124,000 nucleotides of DNA from Hyalangium minutum (GCF_000737315.1 NZ_JMCB01000004.1:144001-268000); one strand, 5' to 3'. Positions 72,894-90,467 are shown, counted from the first letter of the stretch. The notes: a model not told the origin generated them from the letters alone. Translations and numbers: made by a program.

Positions 72894-73517
72894 ATGGACG
72901 GCAATCCCCGTACCGAGAGCGGCACCCAGGATCAGAATGGCGCGGAGCAGGCGGCTGCCCAGCAGCCTGCGGAGGGCTCCGCGTCCGAGCAGGCAGAGGC
73001 TCAGCAGGAGTCCCGCCCCGCGCAGGATGCGGAGCGTCAGCGGCTCGAGGCCGAGCTGGAGTCGACCCGCCGCCGCGTGGACGAGCTGGCCCGGGCCTAC
73101 CAGGCGGTCAACAAGGACCGCGAGGAGTTCAAGCAGCGGCTCACGCGCGAGCGCGAGCGGATGATGGACGTGGAGCGCGGCAACGTGGCCGTGACGCTCC
73201 TGGAGGCCATCGACGAGCTGGACCGCTGCGTCTCCATGAGCGGCCAGGAGGCCAACTCCCCGCTGGGGCAGGGCGTGAAGATGATCCGCGATGGCCTGCT
73301 GTCCAAGGTGCAGGGCATGGGCATCGAGCGCATCCAGGTGGTGGGGCAGCCGTTCGATCCCAACACCGCCGAGGCGGCGGACATGGAGATCACCCCCCAT
73401 CCGGACGAGGATCAGAAGGTGGTGGCCGAGATCCGGGCGGGCTACCGGTTCAAGGACCGCATCATCCGTCCAGCCAGAGTGAAAGTGGCCAAGTACGTGC
73501 CCCCAGCTCAGGCTTGA
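72894..73517 (+). CDS. grpE: Nucleotide exchange factor GrpE
   Basis: Coiled coil, LLEAIDELDR, G..FDPN..EA, GY....R.IRPARVKV. Confidence 0.9.
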   Translation: MDGNPRTESGTQDQNGAEQAAAQQPAEGSASEQAEAQQESRPAQDAERQRLEAELESTRRRVDELARAYQAVNKDREEFKQRLTRERERMMDVERGNVAVTLLEAIDELDRCVSMSGQEANSPLGQGVKMIRDGLLSKVQGMGIERIQVVGQPFDPNTAEAADMEITPHPDEDQKVVAEIRAGYRFKDRIIRPARVKVAKYVPPAQA

Positions 73518-73569
73518 CCGTTCGCCCAGCGGGAAATAGGCGAGGGGGGTGGTTGTTGCCTCCGTCGCC

Positions 73570-75009
73570 ATGGCCCGACTGATGGTCTCTTCTTCCTTCT
73601 CACGCAGCCTGATCCCGCTCCTGGTGGTGCTCGCCACGGCCGCGAGCGCGGATCCGGGCGTGGATGCCTGGCTCAAGGCCCGTGCCCAGGAGCAGTCCGC
73701 CTGGCTCTCCTCCTCGGGGGAGCGGGGCAATGCCTCCAGTGGCCCGCTGGGCCTGTGGCGTGAGCGCGCGGCCTCGGATCCCGGTATCCAGAACTTCGTC
73801 CCGCCTACCTCGCTGGCGCCGCTGATCCGCGCGGTGGAGGCCGGGGTCGTCAACATCACCACCGTGAATGCCCGGGATCGACAAGGGGTCGCCAAGCGAT
73901 CGACGGGCTCGGGCTTCGTGCTCACGCCGGATGGGCTGGTGGTGACGAACAACCACGTGGTGTCCCAGGCGGAGCAGATCGTCGTGCGCGTGGCGGACGG
74001 CCGCGAGTTCCCCGCCAAGGTGGTGGGGCGCGATGCGTCCACGGACGTGGCGCTGCTGAGCCTGGAGACCGCGGCCCGCGAGGATCTGCCCGCGGTGTAC
74101 CTGGGCGACTCGGACAAGCTCGAGGTGGGCGACTGGGTGGTGGCGATCGGCAACCCGTTCGGGCTGGATCACTCGGTGTCGCACGGGATGATCTCCGCCA
74201 AGGAGCGCGTGCTGGGGGTGGGCGTCTTCGATGACTTCATCCAGACGGACGCGCTGATCAACCCGGGCAACTCGGGTGGCCCGCTCTTCAACATGCGCGG
74301 CGAGGTGGTGGGCGTAAACACCGCCATCATGAGCCAGGGCCAGGGCATCGGCTTCGCGGTGCCCATCAACATGGTGAAGGACCTGCTGCCCAACTTGCGC
74401 GAGAACGGCCGGCTCGAGCGCGGATGGCTCGGGGTGGACATCGACGACGCGCGTGCCACGAGCGATGGGCGCTCGCTGGTGGTGAAGGCCGTGTACCGCA
74501 GGAGCCCGGCCGCCAACGCGGGCATCCTCCCGGGCGATCGCGTGGTGGCCGTCAACGGCCGGTCTATCGGCTCGTACCTGCAGTTGCTGCGCAAGGTGGC
74601 GCTGCTGGCGCCCGGCACCGAGGCGAAGCTGACGCTGATGCGCGGCACCGAGTCGAAGGAAGTCACGGTGAAGCTGGCCGCCCGCCCGGCTCCAGAGACA
74701 CTTCAGGCCATGGCCAGCCCCGGCAACATGGAGGATCTGGGCCTGGTGCTGAGGGATCTCTCGCCGGATGTGGCGCCTCAGATGGGCTACGAGCCCTACG
74801 TGGGGGTCCTCGTCACGGGCGTGGTTCCGCGCAGCCCGGCCGCGCAGGCGGGCTTGACCCCGGGAGACTTGCTCACCGAGGTGAATCGCCGCCGCGTGAA
74901 GGACGTGGCCGCCGTGCGTGCCACCCTGGAGAAGGGTGGGGCGGGCGCCAACGTCCTGCTGCGCGTGCAGCGCGGAGACATTCAGCAATACGTGGCGATC
75001 TCGCCGTGA
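73570..75009 (+). CDS. HtrA/DegP serine protease with two PDZ domains
   Basis: TNNHV, TDVAL, QTDALINPGNSGGP. Confidence 0.93.
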   Translation: MARLMVSSSFSRSLIPLLVVLATAASADPGVDAWLKARAQEQSAWLSSSGERGNASSGPLGLWRERAASDPGIQNFVPPTSLAPLIRAVEAGVVNITTVNARDRQGVAKRSTGSGFVLTPDGLVVTNNHVVSQAEQIVVRVADGREFPAKVVGRDASTDVALLSLETAAREDLPAVYLGDSDKLEVGDWVVAIGNPFGLDHSVSHGMISAKERVLGVGVFDDFIQTDALINPGNSGGPLFNMRGEVVGVNTAIMSQGQGIGFAVPINMVKDLLPNLRENGRLERGWLGVDIDDARATSDGRSLVVKAVYRRSPAANAGILPGDRVVAVNGRSIGSYLQLLRKVALLAPGTEAKLTLMRGTESKEVTVKLAARPAPETLQAMASPGNMEDLGLVLRDLSPDVAPQMGYEPYVGVLVTGVVPRSPAAQAGLTPGDLLTEVNRRRVKDVAAVRATLEKGGAGANVLLRVQRGDIQQYVAISP

Positions 75010-75109
75010 GCCTGGGGGTTGGCTGCTCCCCTGTTGTTCACTGCGTCAAAGCGCCCTGTGAGGGAGTAAGGTCGCGCTCCTCACCGTCTGACCGAGGATC
75101 CTCGGAGTC

Positions 75110-77773
75110 ATGCGCAAAAGCATCATCGGCGCAGCAGTCTTGCTAGGAGTGGGGCTCGCGCTCTTCTTCGTGTTGCGCGCGCCCGACCCGGAGAATGCCC
75201 CGGACGTGGAGGAAGGGTCGGAACGGGTCGAGGCTCGGACGGAGCGGCCGGGCACCGCGCTTCAGCCGGAGGCTCCCGAGGATCTGGGGGCCCGCGGCTC
75301 CGCGGATCCGGGCAGCACGCCGGGGCTGTCGCAGCCCCCCTCGGAAGCGGACGGGGTGCTGGAGGTGGAGGTGGTCGCGGGCGAGCGGCCGGTGCCCGGC
75401 GCCACCGTGCGGTTGTACTGGCGGGGGCCTCGCGACCCGAACCTCAATGAGGTGTCGTGGCGGCTGGCGAGCACGGGCGTCACGGATGCGCAGGGGCGGG
75501 CGCGGCTGGCTTCCCGGCCCGGCGGCTATCAAGTCGCGGTGCGTGCACAGGGCTATGGGCCGGTGCTGCGCGACGTGGTGCGCCCCTATGGAGAGGCGCG
75601 CACGCTCATGAGGCTCTCGCTGGAGCCGGGACAGACGCTCACGGGCCACACGGTGGAGGCCGACACGCCAGATCCGTTACCGCTGGTGGAACTCGTCCTC
75701 ACGGCGCATGGGCGCAAGCTGGAACGGTGGCAGGACGCGGCGGCCCCCGCGGAGGAGCGGGCGTACGCCTCGAGCAACGCGCGCGGAGACTTTCGTGTAG
75801 AGGGACTCGCGCCTGGGAACTACACGCTGGAGGCCCGGGCGGTGGGGTATGCCCGGACGGAGCTGCGGCCCGTGAAGGTTCCCTCCGTGGGGCCGCTCAC
75901 GGTCGAGCTGCGAAAGGCCGGAGTCATCGAAGGGTTCGTGGTGGACGCACAGGGGCACCCGGCTGCGGGAGCGGAGGTGCAGGTGGGCGGACGCGTGCCC
76001 GAAGTCGCCACCACGGGCGAGGGCGGAGGCTTCTCGGTGGAGGTCGAGCCCGGGGACCATACCGTATCCGCGCGCCGGGGCTCCGAGGCCGGCTCCCTGC
76101 CCAACTCGATCATCATCGGCGCCGGAAAGACGGTGCGTGATTTGCGCATCCAACTGGGGCAGAGCGCCGTCCTGGAAGGGCGCGTGGTGGCGAACACTGC
76201 GGGCACACCGATCGAAGGCGCGCGGGTGGACGTGAGCCCCTACCGCAAGAGCGGCGACTCGGGCCGAGCGGTGACGGATGGCTCGGGGCGCTTCTCCGTG
76301 GGAGGCCTGGCGCCGGGCAGCTACGACGTGGTGGCGAGCGCTCCTGGGTTCTCCACCGTCTCGCGAAGCGGGCTGACGGTGGCCTCGGGCGAGCGCTTCT
76401 CCCTGGAGCTCAAGCTCACGGGCACCGGCGCGGTGGAAGGCTCCGTGCGGGACAGGGCGGGCCAGCCCGTGCCGGGCGCGCGGGTGTTGGGAGGCAGCCG
76501 CTGGGGCGGACTGCTGGGCGAGGCTCCGGCCGAGAGCCGCACGGACGCGGAGGGTCACTACCGTCTCGAGGGGGTGGCCGCTGGGGAACTCTTCTTGAGC
76601 GCTCGCTGGGAGGGAGCGCCGATGGGCTCCGTTCAGCAGGCGGAGGTGAAGGAGGGGAGCACCACGAAGGTGGACCTCACCCTGGACGCGACAGGGACGG
76701 TGGAGGGCGTGGTTCGCGCGGCGCAGGGAGCTCTGCCCCCCGAGCCCCTGAGCGTGAACGCGGTCAAGGCCACCCTGTCGCGCTCTGAAATGGATGTCAC
76801 CCAGGCCGAGACCGATGCGACGGGCCACTTCCGCCTGGTGCTCCCGCCCGGCCCCTATGAGGTGTGGTTGGTCTCTGGCAAACGCCTTCCACACTTGCTC
76901 CCGAAGCGGGTGCAGGTGGAGGCGGGGAAGACGGTGCAGACGGAGCTGACCTGGACGCCTCCAGAGGAGAAGCCCACCGAGGGCGGCATCCGGGGCATCG
77001 TTCTGGAGCCGGATGGGACGCCCTCCGTGAGCGCCTTCGTGACGCTCTCCGTCGAGGGTCCACGGTCTCGATACCGGATGGAGTCGACGGATGCAGCGGG
77101 GCGTTTCTCCTTCTCCTTCGACTCGGGGGACCCGGTGACGTCCTCGGCGCGGGTGCGCTTGAAGGCGCGCAACGGTGGGCGCACGGGCGAAGTCCCAGGT
77201 GTAAAGCCCGGAGAGCAGTCCGTGGTGGTGCGGCTCCAGCCCCCAGGCGCGTTGCGAGGCCAGGTCGTGCGTGCCAGCGGCGGGGCTCCTGTCCAGGGCT
77301 TCACCCTGACCCTCGAGAAAGATGGACCTGGTTCCTTCCTGGGAAACCGCGGCCCCTGGGAGTTTCCCGGCAACCGCTTCGAGCTCGGCGACGTGCCCGC
77401 TGAGGAGGTGAAGGTGCGAGTGAGGACGGAAGATGGCGCGACGGGCGAGGCGCTGACGTCCACGCGCCCGGGGGCGGTGTCCGAGGTGGAGGTGGCCTTG
77501 AAGTCCGCAGCCGGTGTCAGGGGCCGGGTGATGGATGGGAACACGAAGGAGCCGCTGGCCGATGCCTGGATCTTCGTCGAGGGCTCTGGGGCCGGGAGCT
77601 CTGACAGCCGGACGGGCGCCGATGGCCGCTTCAGCCTGGAGCGGCTGATGCCCGGGGCGTACACGCTCATGGTCATGGCGGGGCAGGGCCGGACGCCCGC
77701 GCGCCAGCCCGTGAAGTTGGAGGAGGGGCAGGTGCTCGATGTAGGCGACATTTCCATCACCCGCTCGCCCTGA
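75110..77773 (+). CDS. Carboxypeptidase-regulatory-like repeat membrane protein
   Basis: N-terminal TM, repeated beta-sandwich units. Confidence 0.75.
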   Translation: MRKSIIGAAVLLGVGLALFFVLRAPDPENAPDVEEGSERVEARTERPGTALQPEAPEDLGARGSADPGSTPGLSQPPSEADGVLEVEVVAGERPVPGATVRLYWRGPRDPNLNEVSWRLASTGVTDAQGRARLASRPGGYQVAVRAQGYGPVLRDVVRPYGEARTLMRLSLEPGQTLTGHTVEADTPDPLPLVELVLTAHGRKLERWQDAAAPAEERAYASSNARGDFRVEGLAPGNYTLEARAVGYARTELRPVKVPSVGPLTVELRKAGVIEGFVVDAQGHPAAGAEVQVGGRVPEVATTGEGGGFSVEVEPGDHTVSARRGSEAGSLPNSIIIGAGKTVRDLRIQLGQSAVLEGRVVANTAGTPIEGARVDVSPYRKSGDSGRAVTDGSGRFSVGGLAPGSYDVVASAPGFSTVSRSGLTVASGERFSLELKLTGTGAVEGSVRDRAGQPVPGARVLGGSRWGGLLGEAPAESRTDAEGHYRLEGVAAGELFLSARWEGAPMGSVQQAEVKEGSTTKVDLTLDATGTVEGVVRAAQGALPPEPLSVNAVKATLSRSEMDVTQAETDATGHFRLVLPPGPYEVWLVSGKRLPHLLPKRVQVEAGKTVQTELTWTPPEEKPTEGGIRGIVLEPDGTPSVSAFVTLSVEGPRSRYRMESTDAAGRFSFSFDSGDPVTSSARVRLKARNGGRTGEVPGVKPGEQSVVVRLQPPGALRGQVVRASGGAPVQGFTLTLEKDGPGSFLGNRGPWEFPGNRFELGDVPAEEVKVRVRTEDGATGEALTSTRPGAVSEVEVALKSAAGVRGRVMDGNTKEPLADAWIFVEGSGAGSSDSRTGADGRFSLERLMPGAYTLMVMAGQGRTPARQPVKLEEGQVLDVGDISITRSP

Positions 77774-77788
77774 GTTCAGGAACCCGGT

Positions 77789-80449
77789 ATGCGCAAGCTC
77801 GTCATCACGGTGGGGATTCTGGTGGGGTTGGGGCTCGTGGTCCTTTGGTTCTGGAGCCCGGGAGGCCCAGTCCCCTCCACGGACACGGAGGGGGAAGGGC
77901 GGAGTCAGCGCCGGCAGGCCATGGCCCGGCCCGGCTCCGCGCAGCTGGAGAGTCCCGAGGACATGGGGGCTCGGGGCAGCGCGGACGCGGGCAGTACGCC
78001 CTCGCTGGCGCAGCCTCCCTCGGAGGCGGACGGGGTGCTGGAGGTGGAGGTGGTTGCAGGCTCGAAGCCAGTGCCAGGCGCCAGCGTGCGGCTGTACTGG
78101 CGGGGGCCTCGGGATCCGAGCCTGGATGAGGTGGCCTGGCGGCTGGCGAGCGCCGGCCTCACGGATGAGCAGGGGTGGGCACGGCTGGCGTCGAGGCCGG
78201 GAGGCTACCTGCTGGCAGTGCGCGCGCAGGGCTACGGCCCGGTGATGCGAGACGTGGTGCGGCCCTATGGCGAGGCGCGCACGCGGATGCGGATCTCGTT
78301 GGAGCCCGGCCAGACGCTCACGGGGCGCACGGTGGAGGCGGGCACGAAGGATCCGCTACCGCTGGTAGAGCTCTCGCTGACCGCCTACGGCCGGGGAGAG
78401 CAGGAGGCCTGGCAGAGCGCCGAAGCGCCAGCGGAGGAGCGCATCTACGCCGCGAGTGACGCGCGTGGGAACTTCCGCGTGGAGGGGCTTGCCCCTGGGA
78501 GCTACCAGCTGGAAGCCAAGGCGGTGGGGCATGTCCGAGCCGTGCAGAAGCGCGTGAAGGTGCCCGCTTCGGGGCCGATCACGGTGGAGCTCCAGTCTGC
78601 CGGAGTCATCGAGGGCTTCGTGGTGGACGCACAGGGGCGCCCGGCCGCGGGAGCCGAGGTGCACGTGGGCGGGCGCGTACCCGAGGTGGTCACCACCGGC
78701 GAGGGCGGCGGCTTCTCGGTGGAGACCGAGCCGGGGGCTCACATCGTGTCGGCGCGGAGGGGCAGTGAGGCGGGCTCGCTGCCCACCCCGGTCATCGTCA
78801 GCGCGGGCAAGACGGTGCGCGAGCTGCGGATCCAGCTGGGCCAGAGCGCGGCGCTGGAGGGCCACGTGGTGGCAAAGACGTCGGGCGCACCCATCGAAGG
78901 CGCGCGGGTGGACGTGAGCCCCTACGGCAACAGCGGGGACTCGGGCCGAGCGGTCACGGATGCGTCGGGCTTCTTCTCCGTGGGACAGCTGGCTCCGGGC
79001 AGCTATGACTTGGTGGTGTCCGCGCAGGGCTATGCGGAGGTCAACCGGCGCGCGCTGACGGTGTCTGCGGGCGAGCGCTTCTCCATCGAGCTCCAGCTTG
79101 CGGGGACCGGCGCGGTGGAGGGCTTCGTTCGGGACAGCTCGGGCCAGCCGGTAGCGGGTGCTCAGGTGGTGAGCAGCAACCGCTGGGGAGGCACGTGGGG
79201 CAGCACGCCGATAGAGGCCCGGGCCGACGCCCAGGGGCATTACCTTCTTGAAGGCCTGCCCGCGGGGCCGTTGAGCCTCACGGCGCGCAGGGAGAGCGCG
79301 ACCATTGGTGTCCGGCACATCGTGGAAATCACCGAGGACTCGACGGCGAAGCTGGACTTCACGCTGGAGGAGCCGGGCACCGTGGAGGGCAAGGTCATCC
79401 CGGCCCAGGGCTCCCTGCCTTCCGATCCCCTGGTCGTGCTGGCCTATCCCCGGGAGAGCACCGCCCAGGTCCCCTCGGACTTCCGGCCGATCGAGCTGGA
79501 GCCCTCGGGGACCTTCCGGATGACGCTGCAGCCGGGGGCCTACGACTTGCGCGTGGCGCTCTCGGAGCGCTGGCCCTTTGGCCCCAGCGAGTCGAAGTGG
79601 GTGAACGTGAAGGGGGGAGCAACTGTCCCGGTGGAGATTGTCTGGCAACCCGATGCGCGCGAGCAGGACGGCCTCGTGGGCACGGTCGTCGAGCCGGATG
79701 GCACGCCCTCGCCGCTGGCCTTCGTCACAGTGACTCCTGAGGAGGGGTGGCGAGGGCCGCGGAAGAACGTCCCCACGGATGAGCAGGGGCGCTTCTCGTT
79801 CACCCTCACGGAGGAGGAGGCCGCCTACGAGGGCCGGCTGAAGCTCGTGGCCCGGAACGGGGGCCGGCTGGGCGAGCTGCGAGGGGTCAAACCGGGAGAG
79901 CGGAGCCTCGTCGTGAAGCTCCAGCCCGCCGTGGGGATTCGGGGCAGGGTGGTGCGCGCCAACGGGGGTGAGCCGGTGAAGGGCTTCACCCTCTCCATGG
80001 AGTCGCTGGACCTGCGCAGCTTGCTCATGGACCAGTCCACGCTGGAGTTCCCGGGAGACCGCTTCGAGCTCCGGGAGGCCCCGTCCGAGCCCGTACGGCT
80101 GACGGCCCGGACGGAGAGCGGCCTGGGAGGATCTGTTGTGGTGACCCCGAGGGCTGGAACTCCCTCCGAGGTGGAGATCCCCCTGAAGGGCACGGCCACG
80201 CTTCGGGGCAAGGTGCTGGATACGGCGACCCAGCGGCCGCTGCCCGGGGCGCTCTACTTCGTCCTGGAGGATCGGCCCATGAATCCGGAGAACGCCACGG
80301 GCCCGGATGGGAGCTTCAAGATGGAGGGCGTCGGCGTGGGAGACCGCGTCCTCGTCATCCTGAGCGGCGACGAGTACAAGCGCGTGCCCGTGAAGCTGGA
80401 GGAGGGCCAGGAGAAGGACGTGGGAGACATCCTCCTCGGCGACTACTGA
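77789..80449 (+). CDS. Tandem paralog of 75110..77773
   Basis: Shared blocks such as SVRLYWRGPRDP, VVRPYGEART and GGGFSVE. Confidence 0.75.
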   Translation: MRKLVITVGILVGLGLVVLWFWSPGGPVPSTDTEGEGRSQRRQAMARPGSAQLESPEDMGARGSADAGSTPSLAQPPSEADGVLEVEVVAGSKPVPGASVRLYWRGPRDPSLDEVAWRLASAGLTDEQGWARLASRPGGYLLAVRAQGYGPVMRDVVRPYGEARTRMRISLEPGQTLTGRTVEAGTKDPLPLVELSLTAYGRGEQEAWQSAEAPAEERIYAASDARGNFRVEGLAPGSYQLEAKAVGHVRAVQKRVKVPASGPITVELQSAGVIEGFVVDAQGRPAAGAEVHVGGRVPEVVTTGEGGGFSVETEPGAHIVSARRGSEAGSLPTPVIVSAGKTVRELRIQLGQSAALEGHVVAKTSGAPIEGARVDVSPYGNSGDSGRAVTDASGFFSVGQLAPGSYDLVVSAQGYAEVNRRALTVSAGERFSIELQLAGTGAVEGFVRDSSGQPVAGAQVVSSNRWGGTWGSTPIEARADAQGHYLLEGLPAGPLSLTARRESATIGVRHIVEITEDSTAKLDFTLEEPGTVEGKVIPAQGSLPSDPLVVLAYPRESTAQVPSDFRPIELEPSGTFRMTLQPGAYDLRVALSERWPFGPSESKWVNVKGGATVPVEIVWQPDAREQDGLVGTVVEPDGTPSPLAFVTVTPEEGWRGPRKNVPTDEQGRFSFTLTEEEAAYEGRLKLVARNGGRLGELRGVKPGERSLVVKLQPAVGIRGRVVRANGGEPVKGFTLSMESLDLRSLLMDQSTLEFPGDRFELREAPSEPVRLTARTESGLGGSVVVTPRAGTPSEVEIPLKGTATLRGKVLDTATQRPLPGALYFVLEDRPMNPENATGPDGSFKMEGVGVGDRVLVILSGDEYKRVPVKLEEGQEKDVGDILLGDY

Positions 80450-80458
80450 GGCCCGCGC

Positions 80459-81100
80459 CTACCGCTTCTTGGTGTTGGCGTCCTTGCCGTCCAGCCAGAG
80501 CCCGAGGTGATCGCCGGTGCGGCCCTCCGTCACCAGGACGGCCTCCAGGCGCGCGGCCACCCCGAAGATCTTCCCGCCGCCCGGCTTGGGCAGGCTCCAG
80601 ATGTCCAGCGGCGTGAACACCACCGACAACCGCACGGCCTTCGAGGAGAACGCCCGCGCGAACATGCCCCCGTTCCAGCCCTCGGGAGTGGTGCCCGTCA
80701 CCTTCAGCAGCGGGAGGACGGGGTTGCCCGCCGCATCCGTCTTCTTCGGCGTGCCGTGCGTCAGCGCGTACTTCCCGCCCGCGAAGAACGGCAGGATGTC
80801 GATGGCGTAGTCGCCCGTGGAGGGCTGGTACCCGGCCGGGGACACCATCGTCGCCACGTCCTCGGTGATGATCATGTACATCTTCTTGCCCTTGTAGGCC
80901 TTGCGGAACTCGTCCGCCTTGGTGCGGCAGTCCGGGCTGGCGAACATGTCCCCGCACTCGCCGATGTAGCGGTTGAGGAAGGCGCTCAGGCCTCCCAGCG
81001 GCTCCGCGGCGTCTCTCAGCCGGGCAAAGCGTTGATCCACGTCCGCCAACGCGAGCGCGGGCAGCAGCAGGGCGACGAGAGCGGCAAAGCAGCGGTTCAC
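80459..81100 (-). CDS. Conserved myxobacterial secreted protein (DUF6066-like)
   Basis: Signal peptide; family assignment from memory. Confidence 0.55.
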   Translation of the reverse strand: MNRCFAALVALLLPALALADVDQRFARLRDAAEPLGGLSAFLNRYIGECGDMFASPDCRTKADEFRKAYKGKKMYMIITEDVATMVSPAGYQPSTGDYAIDILPFFAGGKYALTHGTPKKTDAAGNPVLPLLKVTGTTPEGWNGGMFARAFSSKAVRLSVVFTPLDIWSLPKPGGGKIFGVAARLEAVLVTEGRTGDHLGLWLDGKDANTKKR

Positions 81101-81265
81101 GGGGCAGGGCTCCCTGGAAAGAGGTGGGCCGCGCATCGTGCCACTCTGGATCGCTTCCGCCAGCCCCCCTTCACATTGGTACGTCCAGGTAGCATGTGGT
81201 GGATATTTTGACTACATGAGCCCACCATGTAGTTTTCGGGCCTCTCTTCTTGGAGGCACCACCGA

Positions 81266-81613
81266 GTGAACGAGCGCCGGGCACATCTTCGGTTCGACAA
81301 GGTCTTCACCGTGTACCTAACGACGCAGGACGGGATGACCCGGGGTATTGGGCGGAACATCAGCGCCCGGGGCCTGTTCGTGGAGACGCGCGAGCCGGTT
81401 CCGCTGGGCGAGAAGCTGAAGATCACCTTCGCGGGGGAGGACGGCACGGAGATGACGTGCCTGTGCGAGGTGCGCTACCAGGTGGCGCTGGCGTACGGGA
81501 AGCGGGACGGGCGCGAGGGCAACAGCCGGGGCGTGGGCCTGCGGATCGTGGCGTACGAGACCCAGGACGAGGCGCCGCTGCTGCTGGTGGACCGCGAGCG
81601 GGTGATGCACTGA
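81266..81613 (+). CDS. PilZ domain protein
   Basis: ERRAHLR (RxxxR) and NISARG (D/NxSxxG). Confidence 0.85.
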   Translation: MNERRAHLRFDKVFTVYLTTQDGMTRGIGRNISARGLFVETREPVPLGEKLKITFAGEDGTEMTCLCEVRYQVALAYGKRDGREGNSRGVGLRIVAYETQDEAPLLLVDRERVMH

Positions 81614-81687
81614 GAAACACGAAGGGCCCGGCCCCTCATGGTGAGGAGACCGGGCCCCGGGGGCTCACGCCGTGAGGCGTGGGCGGG

Positions 81688-83238
81688 TTACTGCGAGAAG
81701 CCCTCGAGCATGTAGTGGGCCTCGATGCGCTTGAGCGCGAGGATCATCGCGGCGCAGCGCGGGTCCACCGTCTTGCTGATGCAGTAGCCGCGGCTGTCGT
81801 GCATGTCCGTCTTGCGCGGCTGGTTGCGGGAGATGTCGCGGATGATGCGGTAGTTGCGCTTCATCGCCTTCTCCAGGCGCTGATCCACCTCCGACTCGCT
81901 CCAGCGCTCCATGCGCTTGTTCTGGATCCACTCGTAGTAGCTCACCGTCACGCCGCCGGCGTTGGCGATGATGTCGGGGATCAGGTCGATGCCGCGCTTC
82001 TGGAGGACGCGGTCGGCCTCGGGGGTGGTGGGGCCGTTGGCGCCCTCGGCGACGAGCTTGACCTTGAGGCGCTCGGCCACGTCGGCGGTGATCTCACCCC
82101 CGAGCGCGGCGGGGATGAGCATGTCGGCCTGGATCTCCCAGAGGTCCTTCTTCTCGATCTTCTGGGCGCCGGGGAAGCCCGCCACGCTCCGCTTGAGGTT
82201 CTTCGGGTCGCTGACGTAGGCCATGAGGGCGTGCACGTCGATGCCGTCGCCGTTGTAGATGGAGCCGTCGGCGTCATTGACGGCCAGCAGGCGGGCGCCC
82301 ATGTTGGCGAGGATGGCGGCGCCGTGGCTGCCCACGTTGCCGAAGCCCTGGAGGACGAACGTCTTGCCCTTCACGGACTCGCCGCGGTCGGCGTAGTAGT
82401 CCTCGATGCAGTAGGCGACGCCCTGGCCGGTGGCCTTCACGCGGCCCTCGGAGCCGCCGATGCGCACGTCCTTGCCGGTGACGATGCCGCGCAGGTTGTG
82501 GCGCTCGCGCTCACCGTCCGAGTACTCGCGGAGCATGAGGGCCATGATCTCCCCGTTGGTGCCCACATCCGGGGCGGGGATGTCGATGTTGGGGCCGATC
82601 ATGCTCTTGAGCTTGTACATGAAGCGCAGGGTGATGTTCTCCAGCTCCTCCCGGCCGTACTGGCGCGGGTCGATCTGGATGCCACCCTTGCCGCCGCCGA
82701 ACGGAACCTCGGAGATGGCCGTCTTCCAGGTCATCTCCGCGGCCAGGGCCTTGAAGAGGTCCAGGGAGACCTCGCGGTGGTAGCGGATGCCGCCCTTGTA
82801 GGGGCCGCGGGCCTGGTTGTGCTGGACGCGGTAGGCCTTGAAGCGCTGGGACTCACCGGGTACCAGCTGGTAGACGCCGCCATCCGGAAGGCGCAGGTGG
82901 CCGCGGCGGATGTTGACGTCCGAGCCCAGCAGGGCGCGTCCGTTGAGAATGATCTTCCCGTCGGCCAGGCGCTCAAGTCCGTCGGGGTTGCGGACCTGGG
83001 TGACGGACAGATCCGAGAAGGCCTTGGCCTCCTCGGGGGCCAGGGGGACCAAGCGGTCCTTCAGCTTGGTGGTGACGTAGAAGATGTGCTCGTAGTCGGG
83101 CTCTTCCAGCTCGAGGCGAACGCGCTTGTCCAGACCGATCAGATCGGCGGCGCGGTGGAAGATCTCCATTGCCTCCGTGTAGATGGTCCGCTTGGGAGAG
83201 GGCGCGGGGGCGCGCATGAAGTTCTCTTCGCTAGCCAT
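81688..83238 (-). CDS. Glu/Leu/Phe/Val dehydrogenase
   Basis: GPYKGGIRY, MTWK, PFGGGKGG, PAPDVGT, QGFGNVG, EGANGP, NAGGV. Confidence 0.93.
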   Translation of the reverse strand: MASEENFMRAPAPSPKRTIYTEAMEIFHRAADLIGLDKRVRLELEEPDYEHIFYVTTKLKDRLVPLAPEEAKAFSDLSVTQVRNPDGLERLADGKIILNGRALLGSDVNIRRGHLRLPDGGVYQLVPGESQRFKAYRVQHNQARGPYKGGIRYHREVSLDLFKALAAEMTWKTAISEVPFGGGKGGIQIDPRQYGREELENITLRFMYKLKSMIGPNIDIPAPDVGTNGEIMALMLREYSDGERERHNLRGIVTGKDVRIGGSEGRVKATGQGVAYCIEDYYADRGESVKGKTFVLQGFGNVGSHGAAILANMGARLLAVNDADGSIYNGDGIDVHALMAYVSDPKNLKRSVAGFPGAQKIEKKDLWEIQADMLIPAALGGEITADVAERLKVKLVAEGANGPTTPEADRVLQKRGIDLIPDIIANAGGVTVSYYEWIQNKRMERWSESEVDQRLEKAMKRNYRIIRDISRNQPRKTDMHDSRGYCISKTVDPRCAAMILALKRIEAHYMLEGFSQ

Positions 83239-83472
83239 GTGCTGCTCCTTGCGTGAGGCGAAGGGGGTTTAGCCGTGGCCCTTATGCTCATAGGGCGTCA
83301 GCGGAAGCAACCCGCGCCCCGTGCGCGAAAGTGCAAAAACTAATGGAATCTCAAGCACTTAGCCGACGCACTGTGTCACAGAAGACCTCACGACCGGTCG
83401 GTAGGGGAGCGGGCCCGAAACAAATGCATTGCCCTGCCAGAGGGTGCATGGTAATTCGCCGCGCCACGCCGC

Positions 83473-83548
<76 letters not shown>

Positions 83549-83565
83549 AGAAGATCAGGTGTTTG

Positions 83566-83601
83566 AGGGCCGGTTGCCGCAAGGCAGTCGGCCCTTTTTC
83601 T
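83566..83601 (+). terminator. Intrinsic terminator after tRNA
   Basis: agggccggttgcc-GCAA-ggcagtcggccct followed by T tract. Confidence 0.75.
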
Positions 83602-83966
83602 TGGGCGTAGAGGAGGCCTGGAACGAGGGCAGACCTACCAGCGGTCCGGGGGGTACGCGAAGGGCCTGCGAGAACTCCGCTGCCGGCATCGATAGCCCTC
83701 GCCGCAGACGTCAGGGTTCTCCGGATCGCAGGCAGGCAGACACCGCCAGTCAGCGCAGACCTTCTCCTCGGAGCTGGATGCCGTGAGTGGGCGTAGCGAT
83801 GGCACCTAGAGGGTTGGCTCGCGCGAGGAGCGCGGCCGGTAAGCGACTGGAGGCATCGACCCAGCTCTTGCCCAGGCATCGGATGCGACACGAAACAAAC
83901 CCTACTCATTGAATCGGAATCTCAAGGGGTGAGAAATCCAGTCTGGGTTTTGCGGGATATCTCGTA

Positions 83967-90463
<6,497 letters not shown>

Positions 90464-90467
<4 letters not shown>

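Noticed and set aside
83600-83966. Integrase remnant or att site next to tRNA-Thr
   Set aside because: No recombinase motifs or tRNA-end repeat seen
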